Assembly (NCBI GenBank): GCA_051294905.1
Contig: CM119372.1
Coordinates: forward strand, 3,536,001 to 3,600,000
DNA length: 64,000 nucleotides
Source of the DNA: Botryllus schlosseri
Taxonomy: Eukaryota
Direction: 5' to 3'
The notes beneath the pieces were generated by a model. The model saw only the letters and a list, made by a program, of their open reading frames with translations, did no database searches and was not told where the DNA came from. Shown here one piece after another: positions 13,150-25,200 of the stretch. The translations under genes were made by a program, and so were the position numbers. The stretch's first letter is position 1. Each line of letters starts with the position of its first letter.

Positions 13150-13690
13150 TAACAGCCGAGACTCTTATGCCTATGTATTTTCCTCTACCTCCATAGCCAC
13201 TTGTCTAGACATATTCATAGCATCCACGGAAGAGCGCTTGTCTTGCTGTACACAAATGAAATATCATTTTCAAAGCATGAGACATCAACATCGGGAAAGA
13301 AGTTCAGGACAGGTAGTCAGTGGTCAGATCATCTGCTGACATTTTCTGTTGGCATGAAACAACGCTGCCTTCTACCGCATGGCCGAATTTTCTGTGGTGA
13401 TAATAATTGGCTCCAGGCTGAATTCTTGACGAGGGCATCATCAATTTCTTAGTTGCCTATGTTCGGCTCTCTTTGGGATAATCCATCAGATCATTAATTC
13501 GTATACATGTGGTATAGCCATGTCTTGAAACTCAAGATATTTGCACTGTGCCATAGAGTGAAGTAATCCAATCCAGGCAATCAATCAAGTAATCCAGGCC
13601 TCGGGACAGTTGTTGCACCCTCAATTGGAGCTGATGATCATTTTTCTTCGGGTAGTGGTAGCCTACTTGGCACCATGACAGAATGATCAA
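13150..13690 (-). pseudogene. Possible degenerate family-B DNA polymerase fragment
   Basis: Frame-shifted reading IEGATTVPRPG..YLIDCLD.TSLYGTVQIS..GYTT, later SFVYSKTSALPWML and RQVAMEVEENT(Y)G, resembling PolB motif A and the region up to motif B. Confidence 0.35.
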
Positions 13691-14103
13691 TAACTTGTAA
13701 TATAGGTATAGAGGTCTAAATATTTTGAATTGTTTAACTGAGAAGCCATACAATAGCATAGGATGTTTAAGATATATATAGTATGTAGCACATTGCATGA
13801 ATTCATAACACATCAACGTACTGGCACTGGCAGTCATTGTCTCTAGGCTTAAAAATAGCAGTATCCTAAATATATTGCAATCGATATCAATCATCAAAAT
13901 GCTGCAATGATTACCAACTACCACTACAATACAACTATAGTATAGTATACTATCCACACCTAACTTAATGCTGCAATAAATATCACGCAGTCAATGTCCT
14001 GCAATGTCAAATTTTGTGTCATAAAATCATAGTTGACTACCAAATAACGGCTACAATGTCGATCATTTTGACGCAAGGAGTTTACATAGTTCATGAATCA
14101 AAG

Positions 14104-14438
14104 ACACCCAACATATTTGAATCCTTGCGCATTTCCATGACACTTGCGTTTTATATAAAACGTTTACAGCCCGAAAACGATAATACACTGTATCCGAAAT
14201 ACGGCTACGTTAACGACGGATTTCTGCGTAATTCTGACGATATCATTATATGTGCTTTGTACAGGATTGACACCCAACATATTTGAATCCTTGCGCATTT
14301 CCATGACACTTGCGTTTTATATAAAACGTTTACAGCCCGAAAACGATAATATACTGTATCCGAAATACGGCTACGTTAACGACGGATTTCTGCGTAATTC
14401 TGACGATATCATTATATGTGCTTTGTACAGGATTGACA
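14104..14438. repeat. ~167-bp tandem duplication
   Basis: ACACCCAACATATTTGAATCC...GTACAGGATTGAC present twice, near-identical. Confidence 0.9.
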
Positions 14439-15376
14439 TCTAGCATAGGTAAATCTCTGACGACTTCTACAACAAATTTCCTAAACGTTTACAACCAGAA
14501 ATCAACAGTACACTATGCGATATTTAGCACTGAAGCAGGTGCGCGAGAAAGTAGATTGCTAACCAATTTGTGGTTGCTATGCGTATCTAGTCACGTGATC
14601 GAAGTCCTGCAAAAGGCCTATTATACAACTACAAACATTCGCTCTGCGTTATATGGTTGACCTCCGACGTTCAATTAATCAAGACCGACCGGCCGACCGA
14701 AGACAATCAATATAAAGATTCGCTCTGCGTTATATGGTTAACCTCCGACGTTCAATTAATCAAGACCGCCCGGCCGAACGAAGACAATCAATATAAAGAT
14801 TCGCCTTGCACGACGGCGAGAAGGAGCAATACAGCAACGACGGAAACGAAGTTCTCGCGACGTTTTCGCGACGTTTTCGCGAGTCGACACGAAGAGCAGC
14901 AAAAGTCATCGCGACGTTCTCGCGGAAGAAACGCCAACGAACAGCGCCTACTCAGAAGAGACGAAGGATTGTAACATATTTTGAAGTTAAGTAGCTTTCC
15001 CGAACAGGGATTTGCATTTTATTTCGGTTTCAGAGACGGTGGTGGAGTGTGTATTGAACTGCATAAATATCAAAATTAATTCTTCGAGTATGTCAGAGTA
15101 TCGAGCTATGTGGTGAAATTGTGTTGTTTGGGAAGTTTTCATGTCCGTTGAACAGGTTAATTATAATTAGAAATTGCTAGTAAGTTTGTGTGAATTCCGT
15201 ATTGCTCATTGTAATTTTGTTTTCTCAGTGATATAGCCATTATTTCGTGATAAAGTCTGAGTTGTCGTTTCTGCCGGAATATTCGTCTGTGTGCAGTACG
15301 ACATTTGCGTGTATGGGCAACGGAAAAGGTAATCATTTTCAATTCTCGCATGAGCAATTGCTATTCACTGTCATAA

Positions 15377-16285
15377 ATGGAAGTGGAAAGTAGTGACAAC
15401 GAACCTCTGGACAGATTCGCCTCTCGCGAGATCACTATCAATCGACCTTTTAACAAGCAGGAACCGGCGCTGTGTTTCAGAATATTAGAACATCAGCTCG
15501 AGGGCGAGAATGTACGGTCGCAAAAAGCTAAATATCTAATCTTGTTGAGGAACTGGAATGACGCACACTTAGCCGCTATTGACGGGAGTATTCCTAGCCC
15601 ACATGATCCTAATTGCTACGACTTGCTTAGAAAGGTTCTGTTGGACCGTTTTGATGTTCCGATTAATCAGAAGTTGAATAACTTTTATGCCGAGGCAGTT
15701 CCGGGTATGGATCCCAGAGATTTGCGATCGCGGATTATTGAGTGTGCGGGTGCCGATAATTCACCGCATATGGCGGGGTTCAAGCGCCACATGTTCTTGC
15801 AGTACTGCAGGCCCGACATCGCTTTCGCATTACGTGGACATTATAGAGATGATTTTGATACAATGTGTCAGCGCGCGGTTGAGCTGTTTGATGGGGGGTT
15901 GAATCCGGGTAATAACTCCATTCAAACTAATGAAGTAAGTGTGGCAAAACAGGAAAATGAGCGCGCGGTTAGATCCGATGAAAAAACACAGTTGATCGAT
16001 TCGATGAGTAAGCAACTCGCTCGTGTGGAAAAGCAAATGGCGGAATTGAAATTGGCTGCTGTTAAAGTGCAACCAAGTGATGATAGCAATGACTCTTTGA
16101 ACCATTCTCACATGACGCAGACTAGGGCTGAGTCCAACCGCGGAGGTACGCGATATTATCGGGGCGGCAACGTTGGTACCCGAGGTGGCAGTAATACTGA
16201 ATGGGTATGCCAGAATCATCATCGATATGGTGGTCGGAGCTTTTCTTGCTCTCGTGGATGTAATTATTTTGATCGCAGTTCATGA
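15377..16285 (+). CDS. gag: Gypsy Gag, open 302-aa ORF
   Basis: C-terminal CQNHHRYGGRSFSCSRGC, a CHCC-type knuckle as in CsRn1-clade gag. Confidence 0.85.
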   Translation: MEVESSDNEPLDRFASREITINRPFNKQEPALCFRILEHQLEGENVRSQKAKYLILLRNWNDAHLAAIDGSIPSPHDPNCYDLLRKVLLDRFDVPINQKLNNFYAEAVPGMDPRDLRSRIIECAGADNSPHMAGFKRHMFLQYCRPDIAFALRGHYRDDFDTMCQRAVELFDGGLNPGNNSIQTNEVSVAKQENERAVRSDEKTQLIDSMSKQLARVEKQMAELKLAAVKVQPSDDSNDSLNHSHMTQTRAESNRGGTRYYRGGNVGTRGGSNTEWVCQNHHRYGGRSFSCSRGCNYFDRSS

Positions 16286-16375
16286 CTACATGGCAGTGGT
16301 TTTCGTCCGCGTGGTCCAAGTATCAATTCTTTTGATTTTGAGTATCTGGCTTATGCGTTTGATAAATTAAATGGT

Positions 16376-19295
16376 TTGAATTTCTTGAGTGACAGTGGTT
16401 CCATGATTTTTAATTTACCAGCGAGTGAACATGTGATTCGGCACTATACGCCGAAATGGCAATTTCGGGGAGCAAATGGTTCTGTGATTAATGCGTATGG
16501 CACTAAAACTTTGAAGTTGCAGTTCGGTAATAATGAGCCACTTGAGTGTCCTTTTGTAATAACTGAAGTGTCGAAGCCAATATTGGGTTGGAATTTCATG
16601 AAAAAGCATAAGTTGTTTTTAGATCCAGAACTGGATGAACTCGCGACTCGTGACCGCAGTACTGTAATAAAATTGTCTCAAAACAAATTTTCGTCTCTTG
16701 TCGCGCATATCGACGCGAGTGAACGCACGCCATACGCTGATTTACTTGAAGAATTTCCGGAGATCTTGGTCCGGCAACCTGTGAAACGGCGCGAAATGAA
16801 ACATGTCATGCGAATAAAAACGTTCGATTATCTAAAATCTCCGAAGCCACGGTCGATCCCACCCCAGTGTTTTGTTAGAAGTTCGGCGACAAATTAAAGA
16901 TATGTTGGAGCGCGGTGTAATTTCAAAATCGGATTCGGATTTTTGCTCGCCGATCGTGTGTGTCCCAAAACAGAGTCACGTTGAGGGGAAACCTCCCGGT
17001 GTGCGGTTGTGCATCGATTATCGTTACTTGAATTCGCATGTGGCTCCTCAGTGTTATCCATTACCGAATATTGCGTCGATGCGTACACAAATGGCAGGGG
17101 CCAAAGTATTTTCCACTCTTGACATAGCAAACGCGTACCACAACATTGAGGTGGCGGAGTCAGACCGCCATTTGACAGCGTTTTATGCGAAGGAAATCGG
17201 TAGATTTCAGTACAATATGTGTCCGTTCGGTTTTCGGTCCAGTGGAGATCAGTGGTGTAAATTGGCTTATGAATTGCCTGGGGACATTCCTAATACTTTT
17301 CTGTATTGTGATGATATTGTGGTAGCGACGCCTGACGAGAACTCTCATTTGGAGACGTTGCGGGTAATTTTTGAGAAATTGAAGAGTGAGTGAGTCCCTT
17401 TCGTTTTCCATTGAGAAGTGTAAGTTCGGAGAAGAGTCAGTTCGATTTTTGGGGTTTTTAATTGACAAGGATGGCATCAGACCAGATCCCAAACGAGTTG
17501 AGGCGATTGTGAAATTTCCAGTGCCAAAGACTATTCGTGAGGTGAGAAGGATGATCGGCATGATCAACTATTATTCGAGAAGCATCAAGAATTGCTCATC
17601 AATTATGCAGCCGTTGTATGATTTATTGAAAGGAACAAATGCTCGGAGTAAGCTCAAATGGTCCAGTGTGGCGCAGAATGCATTTGAGCAGATCAAAGCA
17701 GCTTTGATAGATGCAGTGAGATTGGCTTTTCCGACATTCAAAGGACCTATATAGCTTGTGACAGATGCAAGTCAAGTTGCGTTGGGCGCAGTAATCAATG
17801 AGTACCAGTATGGGAGATATGTACCTCTGGCTTTCCTCAGCAAGAGTTTAACTGAGTCTCAGTGAAAATGGTCAGCTGTGAAGAGAGAGAGGTACGCTGT
17901 ATACATGGCTCTGCAACATTTTCGGGATTTTTGCATGGGCAGGTCAGTGAGCCTGGTCACGGACAGTCAGGTGTTGGCTAAGATGATTATCAATCCGAAG
18001 GAATGTGCTGACCCAGCTATGTTTCGGTATCTTGAGTACATTAATTACTTTGTGAACAAAACTACGTGTATCCGCGGTATTTTCAACTCCGTTTCTGATT
18101 GCTTGTCCCGTGTTAAGATTAATGAATTTTTTGTACCAGAGGGTTTGAAGCCTGATTTTATCAAGCGTGTTGCAGCGGCACAAAGGGAGGATGAGGAATT
18201 GCAAGAATTTCGTCAGGCCAATTTGGATGAGACTGGTTTGCAGTTAAGAGAGTTGAAACTGTTGGGGTGTGAGACGGGCGTTGTTTGTCACGTGCCTGAT
18301 TCCACCGATAAATTCCAGAATTTGTCTGTAATGCCACGAATTGGAATGCGCGCGACGTTGGCATTGGCCAAACGACATTACGTTTTCCCCAACATGGACA
18401 GGTGGTTACGAGAATCAGTGAGGGCATGTCCGATGTGTAACAAAAGCAAAATTATTCGTCATGTACGCTCCGCATTAAAGCATGTGCCGCGACGCAGTGA
18501 TCGTAATGCCGACATTTCAATTGACATCGCTGGTCCGCTTCGTGAAACGGAGGATGGTAATCGATATTTTCTTATCATTGTTGATCGTGTCACAAATTAC
18601 ACTAATGCAGTTCCCATGAAAAGACAAGATACCGACACGGTGATCCGTGCTTTGATTAATGGTTTTGTAAAGGATCGTGGAGCACCCATGGTTATAAGGT
18701 CAGACCGGGGCTCAGTGTTTACTTCGTATGAATGGGAAAAGTTCATGTCGGTCCTTGAATGTAAACATTCATTTTCGTTGGCACTTTCGCCACAGCAGAA
18801 TTCGATCTCCGAGACGGGGATTCGGCGGATAAAGCGCGGTTTGCGGTGCGCGAAAAAATCCCGCGGCCTGGGATAGGCTATTGCCTTTTGTGATTTTGTC
18901 ATTAAATGCCTCTGTGCGAGAGGGATATGATTATTCCGCGGCGGAAATGACGTATGGGGAAAATGTGCGGTTGCCTGGAACCTATTTTGAGTATGACCCG
19001 AATAAGTTCAAGAATAGTCAAGCGGAGGTACTGTGTGATGTACGGGAATTTTTCGAGAACTTGAATTTCAATAAGTTCAACATCCGAACGAATGTAAATG
19101 CGTACGTTCCGCCAGATCTTATGGCTTGTTCACATGTATATGTAAAAAACGAGAGAGGTAAAAAGACCGCGTTTGATTTCTGGTATGTGGTTCCGTACAA
19201 GGTGATCGAGAGATCGCAATCGGGCAAGGCCTTACCTTATTAATCAATGGTAAGGAGAAGGTTGTGTCGATTGACAGACTCAAAGTTTGTTACTT
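16376..19295 (+). pseudogene. pol: Gypsy Pol (protease, RT, RNase H, integrase) with frameshifts and stops
   Basis: FLSDSGS protease; RLCIDYR, YNMCPFG, YCDD RT; VTDAS RNase H; ISIDIAGP, SDRG integrase; split over several ORFs. Confidence 0.92.
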
Positions 19296-20863
19296 TCCGC
19301 CATTTGATGTAGATAACGACATGTTCGATGATTTTGTGCAGCAGTTTCCGCCCGTTGATGCGGACAAAGTGTTACTAAACTCCGCGGTAACTCCGGGTGA
19401 CGCGTGTGTAGTTTCGTACCTGGTAGTGATGACAGCGAGAGCGACTGTCCGAGTAGTATTCGTAGCGCGTCCCGAGAGCGTATCCCTGAATGCTTACCTG
19501 TTGATGTCGATCGCGATAATCCTGGACATTAATCCATTTTGCACGATAACGCTAAGACCCAAACATGTAAAGAAGGCAGAACTCTCAATGAGTCAAGTCC
19601 AAAGTATACGTCCAGAGGGAGACGAATTGTCAGGCCAAGACATTTGAATGATTATGTGTTGCATTAAATCGCGTAGAGTAAAGATATGCGTGATGAAAAT
19701 TGTGCCTTGTGCATTAATATGTTGCGTAAATGCAGGATTGCTGCTTCATCGATTGTTGAATCGCGTAGAGAAAGATATGCGTAGTGAAAAGCGTGCTTTG
19801 TGCATTGGTATATTATGTAAATGCAGGTTTGCTGCTGCATCATGTTGTGACTCCCCGTTGTAGAATGTAAGGTGGGGTCACCGAAGCTCATTGCTGAAGT
19901 ATGCGTTCTATTAATAAATGCTGACATCAAAATGTTAGGCTCGTGTAGGCCCGCTTATGCTTCACGGAACTGTGCGTCATATTTGAGATGGTCACGGCAG
20001 AATTGTCGCTGAGTTGCCATAAACCCTCTGTTGTTGCGCGCGAACAACACGGATTTGGTAGGAATGATTGCTTTTCCCGCTGGACGGGTTAACAGTAATA
20101 ATGAGAAAGTAGAAGAAGTATAAGTGAATAACAGTGAATAGCATGTTCCGTGGGTTTTGAAGCATGATTGCTGGATGAATTATGGTGTTGACCTTGCATA
20201 CACGTTGATGACTTTCGTCAGTGCATATAGACTGGTTTCGTCTATGAATTGCATTGTATTGTATTTCATTTTGTTGCTCTTTATTATACACTTTCATCAA
20301 CTTGTTATTGCATGCGAAGTGATCTTTAACGGCACTGTTGTCCCGCTTTTGTGCTATATGATTAGTTATTCAATTTGTGTTTTATAATATTGTGTTTTTG
20401 CATGCGAAGTGACCTTGAATGTCACTGTTGTAACGCTTTTGTGCTAGTTAAATTATGTCTTTTATTTCTTGGTTGCGTTTGGACGCTAACTATTGTTGAT
20501 CTGAGTTTCAGTTGCCAGTAGGACGGAATGATGATATTGCGAGTCGTTCCGAGGTGGTAATGTAAAATAGGGTTTACGAATGCCACGCTTGGATGGTATT
20601 TCGTTTCATTAGTTTACTTTTGCCCCTGTATATAAAATCGTTTCCTGTCTCCAATCCCTAGGATTAGCTTCAGTCCCTATGATTAGCCCCAGTCCATATG
20701 TTGTATGACCCTAGGTATGAGATATTTGACCAATATATTCGTTAGGATTAGCTTCAGTCCCTATGATTAGCCCCAGTCCATATGTTGTATGACCCTACGT
20801 ATGAGATATTTGGCCAATATATTCGTTTTTTACACCAAGTTCTTTTGGTAGGAAGGGGGAACT

Positions 20864-21346
20864 TTTAACGAAATATATTGGTATAACGCCATTTTAATAA
20901 TATTCAATAAGGAGTTGGTAAACCTTACGTAATTCCCTGAACTGAGACCTGGTAAGACCTTTGTGAGTCGTATATTTTGTCGTGTGAACGTAGATAACAA
21001 AGTATGAAATCGTACGATGTTTTGGTGCATAAACTCCCTCGTGGCTGTGAGAGATATGTGCAAGTAATGCCACGGAGAGATATTTATTCATTATTCGCTG
21101 GTTCGGAAGTCCGTTGCATTGCCGTACGTGATTCAATAAAAGTTACAAGTCGTGGAGACAGAAACAAAATACATTCGTCAGTGTGATCCATCGAATACGT
21201 GTGCAATAGACAGGTCGTGGTACGTCAGCCAACAAGGCCGTACGGCGTGATTACGCCGGTCGTCGAACGCAAGGGAACACGCAGCGAATTGTAAACGCAA
21301 CCTTCTGGAGTCAATTATACAACTACAAACATTCGCTCTGCGTTAT
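20864..21346 (+). repeat. Gypsy 3' LTR, 3'-truncated
   Basis: Follows the polypurine tract; homology to the 5' LTR stops after CGTTATA. Confidence 0.85.
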
Positions 21347-21413
21347 AGGACCGTCAAACTTGCAATAAGTCGCATTTCACTGTTACATTTTTGTAGTGTT
21401 ATGTTGATATGTA

Positions 21414-21564
<151 letters not shown>

Positions 21565-23265
21565 GAAGTGCTGTTTTGTTCCTTCCGACGGGTACACTTA
21601 ATTGTTACTGAGGGGTCCTATTTTTTTCAGACACACCTCACCTGTAAATCTGATTACGTGAGCAGTGAGAGGATAAACATTGATAGCAATACATATGAAA
21701 TTTCAGGGTTGTAACCATGCAAGTCACTAAGGCTCCGAGTCACAAGTCAATCTCACTTTTATAGTTTTGACTCGAGTCAAGTCGAGTCATTTTCAATTTA
21801 CCACCGAGTCAAGTCCTAGTCCAAGTAAACGATCACTAGTCCAAGTAAACGATCAGAGGGTCAAGTTCGAGTCATGGTATTATGACTCGAGTCCAGTCTC
21901 AGAGTCCAAGTCATTGTGCTGACGGCTAAGTTTCCATAGGCAGTTAAAGTTTTGTTGAACCCACATGCGAGACAGGCCTGTGGTGTTTTTCTGGTGCAAG
22001 AGCAATTTAATTCTTGACCAGGCTTTGCGAGTGTCAGTTTTATAAGAATTTCGCGTTAGCTTTCGCCTTGGAGATATGATGGGTGATGAGATTTCTGAAG
22101 CATCGAAATCTATCTCGTTCGTCTTGGTCTACGGTAGGTTCGAGGCATTTTAAGACAGTTAGAGACGTGAAAATGATGTCCTGGATTCAGAATACTTTCG
22201 ATAGTGAGATTTTGTGGCTAGGTATGAATCGCGGCACTCTATTTATACGGGAATCGACTATTTTCAGCCAATTTATTTCCAAAAACCGACTTTCCACCAA
22301 AATTATTGGATACCCCATGAAGTTGTCCAAAAAACAACGCAACTAATTCCATTCAATTCTAAACTGCAAAAACGAAATTATTAAAGAACAAATTTTCGAT
22401 TTGGTATAATAGTATTCAAGGTTGGCAGTTATATAATAAATTTAAAGAATTGCGAAGGGAATTTTTGAACTGTGGTTTATTCACGAAGCGTTGAAGACCA
22501 ATTTTATATCAACCCAATGATATATATACAATAGGGTTGTTCAGAATTGACCGACTTTCAGAAAGTCTAGGTTTTCAGTCCGTTTCCCATGCCTTATACC
22601 TTAAAAACAAATTCTGGCAACTTTTTTTGTAATTCATCCCCTGCATCCGTGTGCACATTGCCGTTTTCTCATGCACCTAAAAATTTCTTCGGAATTAGGG
22701 GATTCTCCCGTTGTCAGTGACTCGACAGGAATGGCGTGTGTTCTCATTGACGTGACGCGTATGTTCTACTTCTAGCGCTGATGAAGCGCTGAGCACGGCT
22801 GTGAAACGGGTATCATTGATTAGTCAGGTGCCTTGCTGCTTTGTTGTTGATGGACTGTGTTTACGATTGAGGTGCAGGACTTATCAGGCGGCGTTTTGAC
22901 TCATGCTATTAGCGAGTTTAGCGCGTGATTAGTGAACATAATATTATAGCAGTATACAACTATTTGATATAATAGACCTGATACTCTTTTCCTTTCTACT
23001 GGGATAGAAACAAAGCTTGCAAATGTCTATTCCAGTGACTGGGGAAAACCGCCAGTCGGTTGCTCTAAATTTTTTGTTATATCCCAAGATATCAATATAC
23101 TGGTATGAGTTTTTCCAATTTAGGAATAACTATCTTCGATAATCTATAACTGGATCTAATCTGGCTACTCCTGTGCAAGTTATGCAGTATGTGTTCGACC
23201 TAAAACTCTGAAAGAACTGAAATATTTTCCACTATTCTTTGTTGTTTGACTGAGTTTATGTACAT

Positions 23266-25162
23266 TAGGGTTGTCCATAATTTGGAAAATCTTACGAATC
23301 TTCCGTTGTAATGTCTTATTCTATAGATTATTGATAAAAAACGACACTGAGCCTGAAAGAAGCTCACAGGAAGGCCGTTAAGATTTCGTGCAAAGCGTTT
23401 GAAAGTAGCTGCCGAAGAATGGGCGTGCCACCGACCATAGAGCGGCGAGAACACTAGCAATCACGAAACCACGGCTCTTGATTGGCTAATCCGCTATGCT
23501 TCAATGACCACGACAGCAGCAGCTTGCTGTGTAGGTGATCAAGGAGTCTGCTACCGGCGGCGATTCTGAAAGCGCATTTTATGTAGGTTGACAGATAATG
23601 ATTTAGGATTGATTCAGGGTATGTTGAGGTACGAAATACATGATGAACAAACAACAGCTGCTTCACAAAAACATCTAAAGCATGATCGCTTTTTTGTGAA
23701 GGAAACCGTCGTAGCCTGTATGCCTTGTTTTCAACGAGGGAAAGCATAGGCGCTTATGCAAATACCGACGGATTCCTAGTTTCATTATTGAATGCAAAGA
23801 TAAAGCTTAACAATGACACTATAATTTGTGTGATCTTATTGGGCTCAGATTGTAGTACATAATTGAAGTTTTGAATGAGAGAGAGAGAGTTATGATATTC
23901 TTTTTCGCCTGCATCATCGAGATGCTTTTGACGACGGAGTTGCGATACGGCCCCATGAGGTCATCTAGTCTGCGCCCCCGTTTTTTTTCTCCTCCATGCT
24001 ATCCGTGATTGCTGAGCGCCTAGCAGGATAGCTGCGGATACCAATTTTCGAGTCTTTGGTATGACCCGGCCGGGGATCGAACCCACGACCTCCTGCTCGA
24101 GAAGCCGGACGCATAACCATTACACTATCTCGCTCGGTCGAATGCTCTAGGGATCGGCTGAATCAAAGGGTTAGGCTTGGCACTCATTAGATGTTTACAG
24201 CAAATTGAATTCACTTGTAAGTGTTTTCAAAGTCCCTAATGATGCCGCAGAAACGAGGTTTAAATGCAAGCACAGACTATGCTTGATATGATGTACAAAC
24301 TATGCTGCATGCTATAGGCTACACTATGCAGCATTGCCTGTGCCTACCTTTACACCCCTTTTCTGCGCGATTATTAAGGACTTTGACATATCCTGTTCAG
24401 CATAGTATGTGCTTACTTTTACACCTCTTTTCTGCATCACCATCAAGGACTTTGACAACACTCGCAAGTGAATACATTTTGATGCAAGCATCTGACAAGT
24501 GTCAAGCATAACCCGCTGATTCAGCCGATCCTTAGAGCTTTCAAAACTTCAACTATGTACTACAACCTGAGCCCGATAAGATAACACAAATGATAGTGGC
24601 ATTGTTAAGCTTCATATTTGTATTCAATAATGATATATTCTTTCTGAAACTAGGAATCCGTCGCTACTTGCATAAGCGCCTATGCTTTCACTCGTTGAAA
24701 ACAGGCATATAGGCTACGGCGGTTCCCTTCACAATGAAGCGATCATGCTTTAGACGTTTTTGTGAAGCAGCTGTTGTCTGTTCATCATGTATTTCGTACC
24801 TCAACATACCCTGAATTAATCCTAAATCATTATCTGTCAACCTACATACAATGCGCTTTCAGAATGGCCGCCGGTAGCAGACTCCTTGATCACCTACGCA
24901 GCCGGCTGCTGCTGTTGTGGTCATTGAAGCATAGCGGATTAGCCAATCAAGAGTCGTGGTTTCGTGATTGCCAGTCTTCTTGCCGTTCTATGGTCGGTGG
25001 CACGCCCATTCTACGGAAGCTACTTTCAAACGCTTTGCACGAAATCTTAACGGCCTTCCTGTGAGCTTCTTTCAGGCTCAGTGTCGTTTTTCATCAATAA
25101 TCTATAGAATAAGACATTACAACGGAGGATTCGTAAGATTTTCCAGATTATGGACAACCCTA
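23266..25162. mobile_element. Foldback non-autonomous hAT element
   Basis: TIR TAGGGTTGTCCATAAT extending into arms of about 680 bp; perfect TSD ATGTACAT. Confidence 0.9.
23878..24139 (-). mobile_element. tRNA-derived SINE with (TC)n tail
   Basis: A box and B box (GGTTCGATCCC); 5-bp TSD GAATG; absent from the sister foldback copy at 59-60 kb. Confidence 0.9.
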
Positions 25163-25200
25163 ATGTACATCTGTTTTTCTAGGATTAGCTGTAGTGCGAA

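Larger units (their letters stand above)
11121..14620. mobile_element. Non-autonomous DNA transposon with long TIRs (ISL2EU/Harbinger-like ends, tentative)
   Basis: TAGGCCTTTTGCAGGACTTCGATCACGTGACTAGATACGCATAGCAACCACAAATTGG is inverted at 14565-14620; 11852-12030 is inverted at about 14360-14530; the 3' LTR shows the empty site GTCAA|TTATAC. Confidence 0.85.
10652..14976 (+). repeat. Gypsy 5' LTR (about 825 bp) interrupted by a 3.5-kb insertion at 11121-14620
   Basis: 10652-11120 plus 14621 onward is collinear with 20864-21346; proposed end ...TGTAACA at 14976 is uncertain because no clear PBS follows. Confidence 0.75.
10652..21346 (+). mobile_element. Ty3/Gypsy LTR retrotransposon, CsRn1-like, degenerate
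   Basis: Matching LTRs at 10652 and 20864, polypurine tract AGGAAGGGGGAA before the 3' LTR, gag with CHCC knuckle, PR-RT-RH-IN order. Confidence 0.92.

Noticed and set aside
11121..14620. Polinton/Maverick
   Set aside because: Only 3.5 kb; no AG-repeat termini, 6-bp TSD, integrase or capsid visible.
19264..20390. env-like third ORF in the Gypsy
   Set aside because: Only short ORFs with no recognisable signal peptide or fusion-protein features.
24050..24139. Functional tRNA gene
   Set aside because: It is a SINE head followed by a body, (TC)n tail and TSD.
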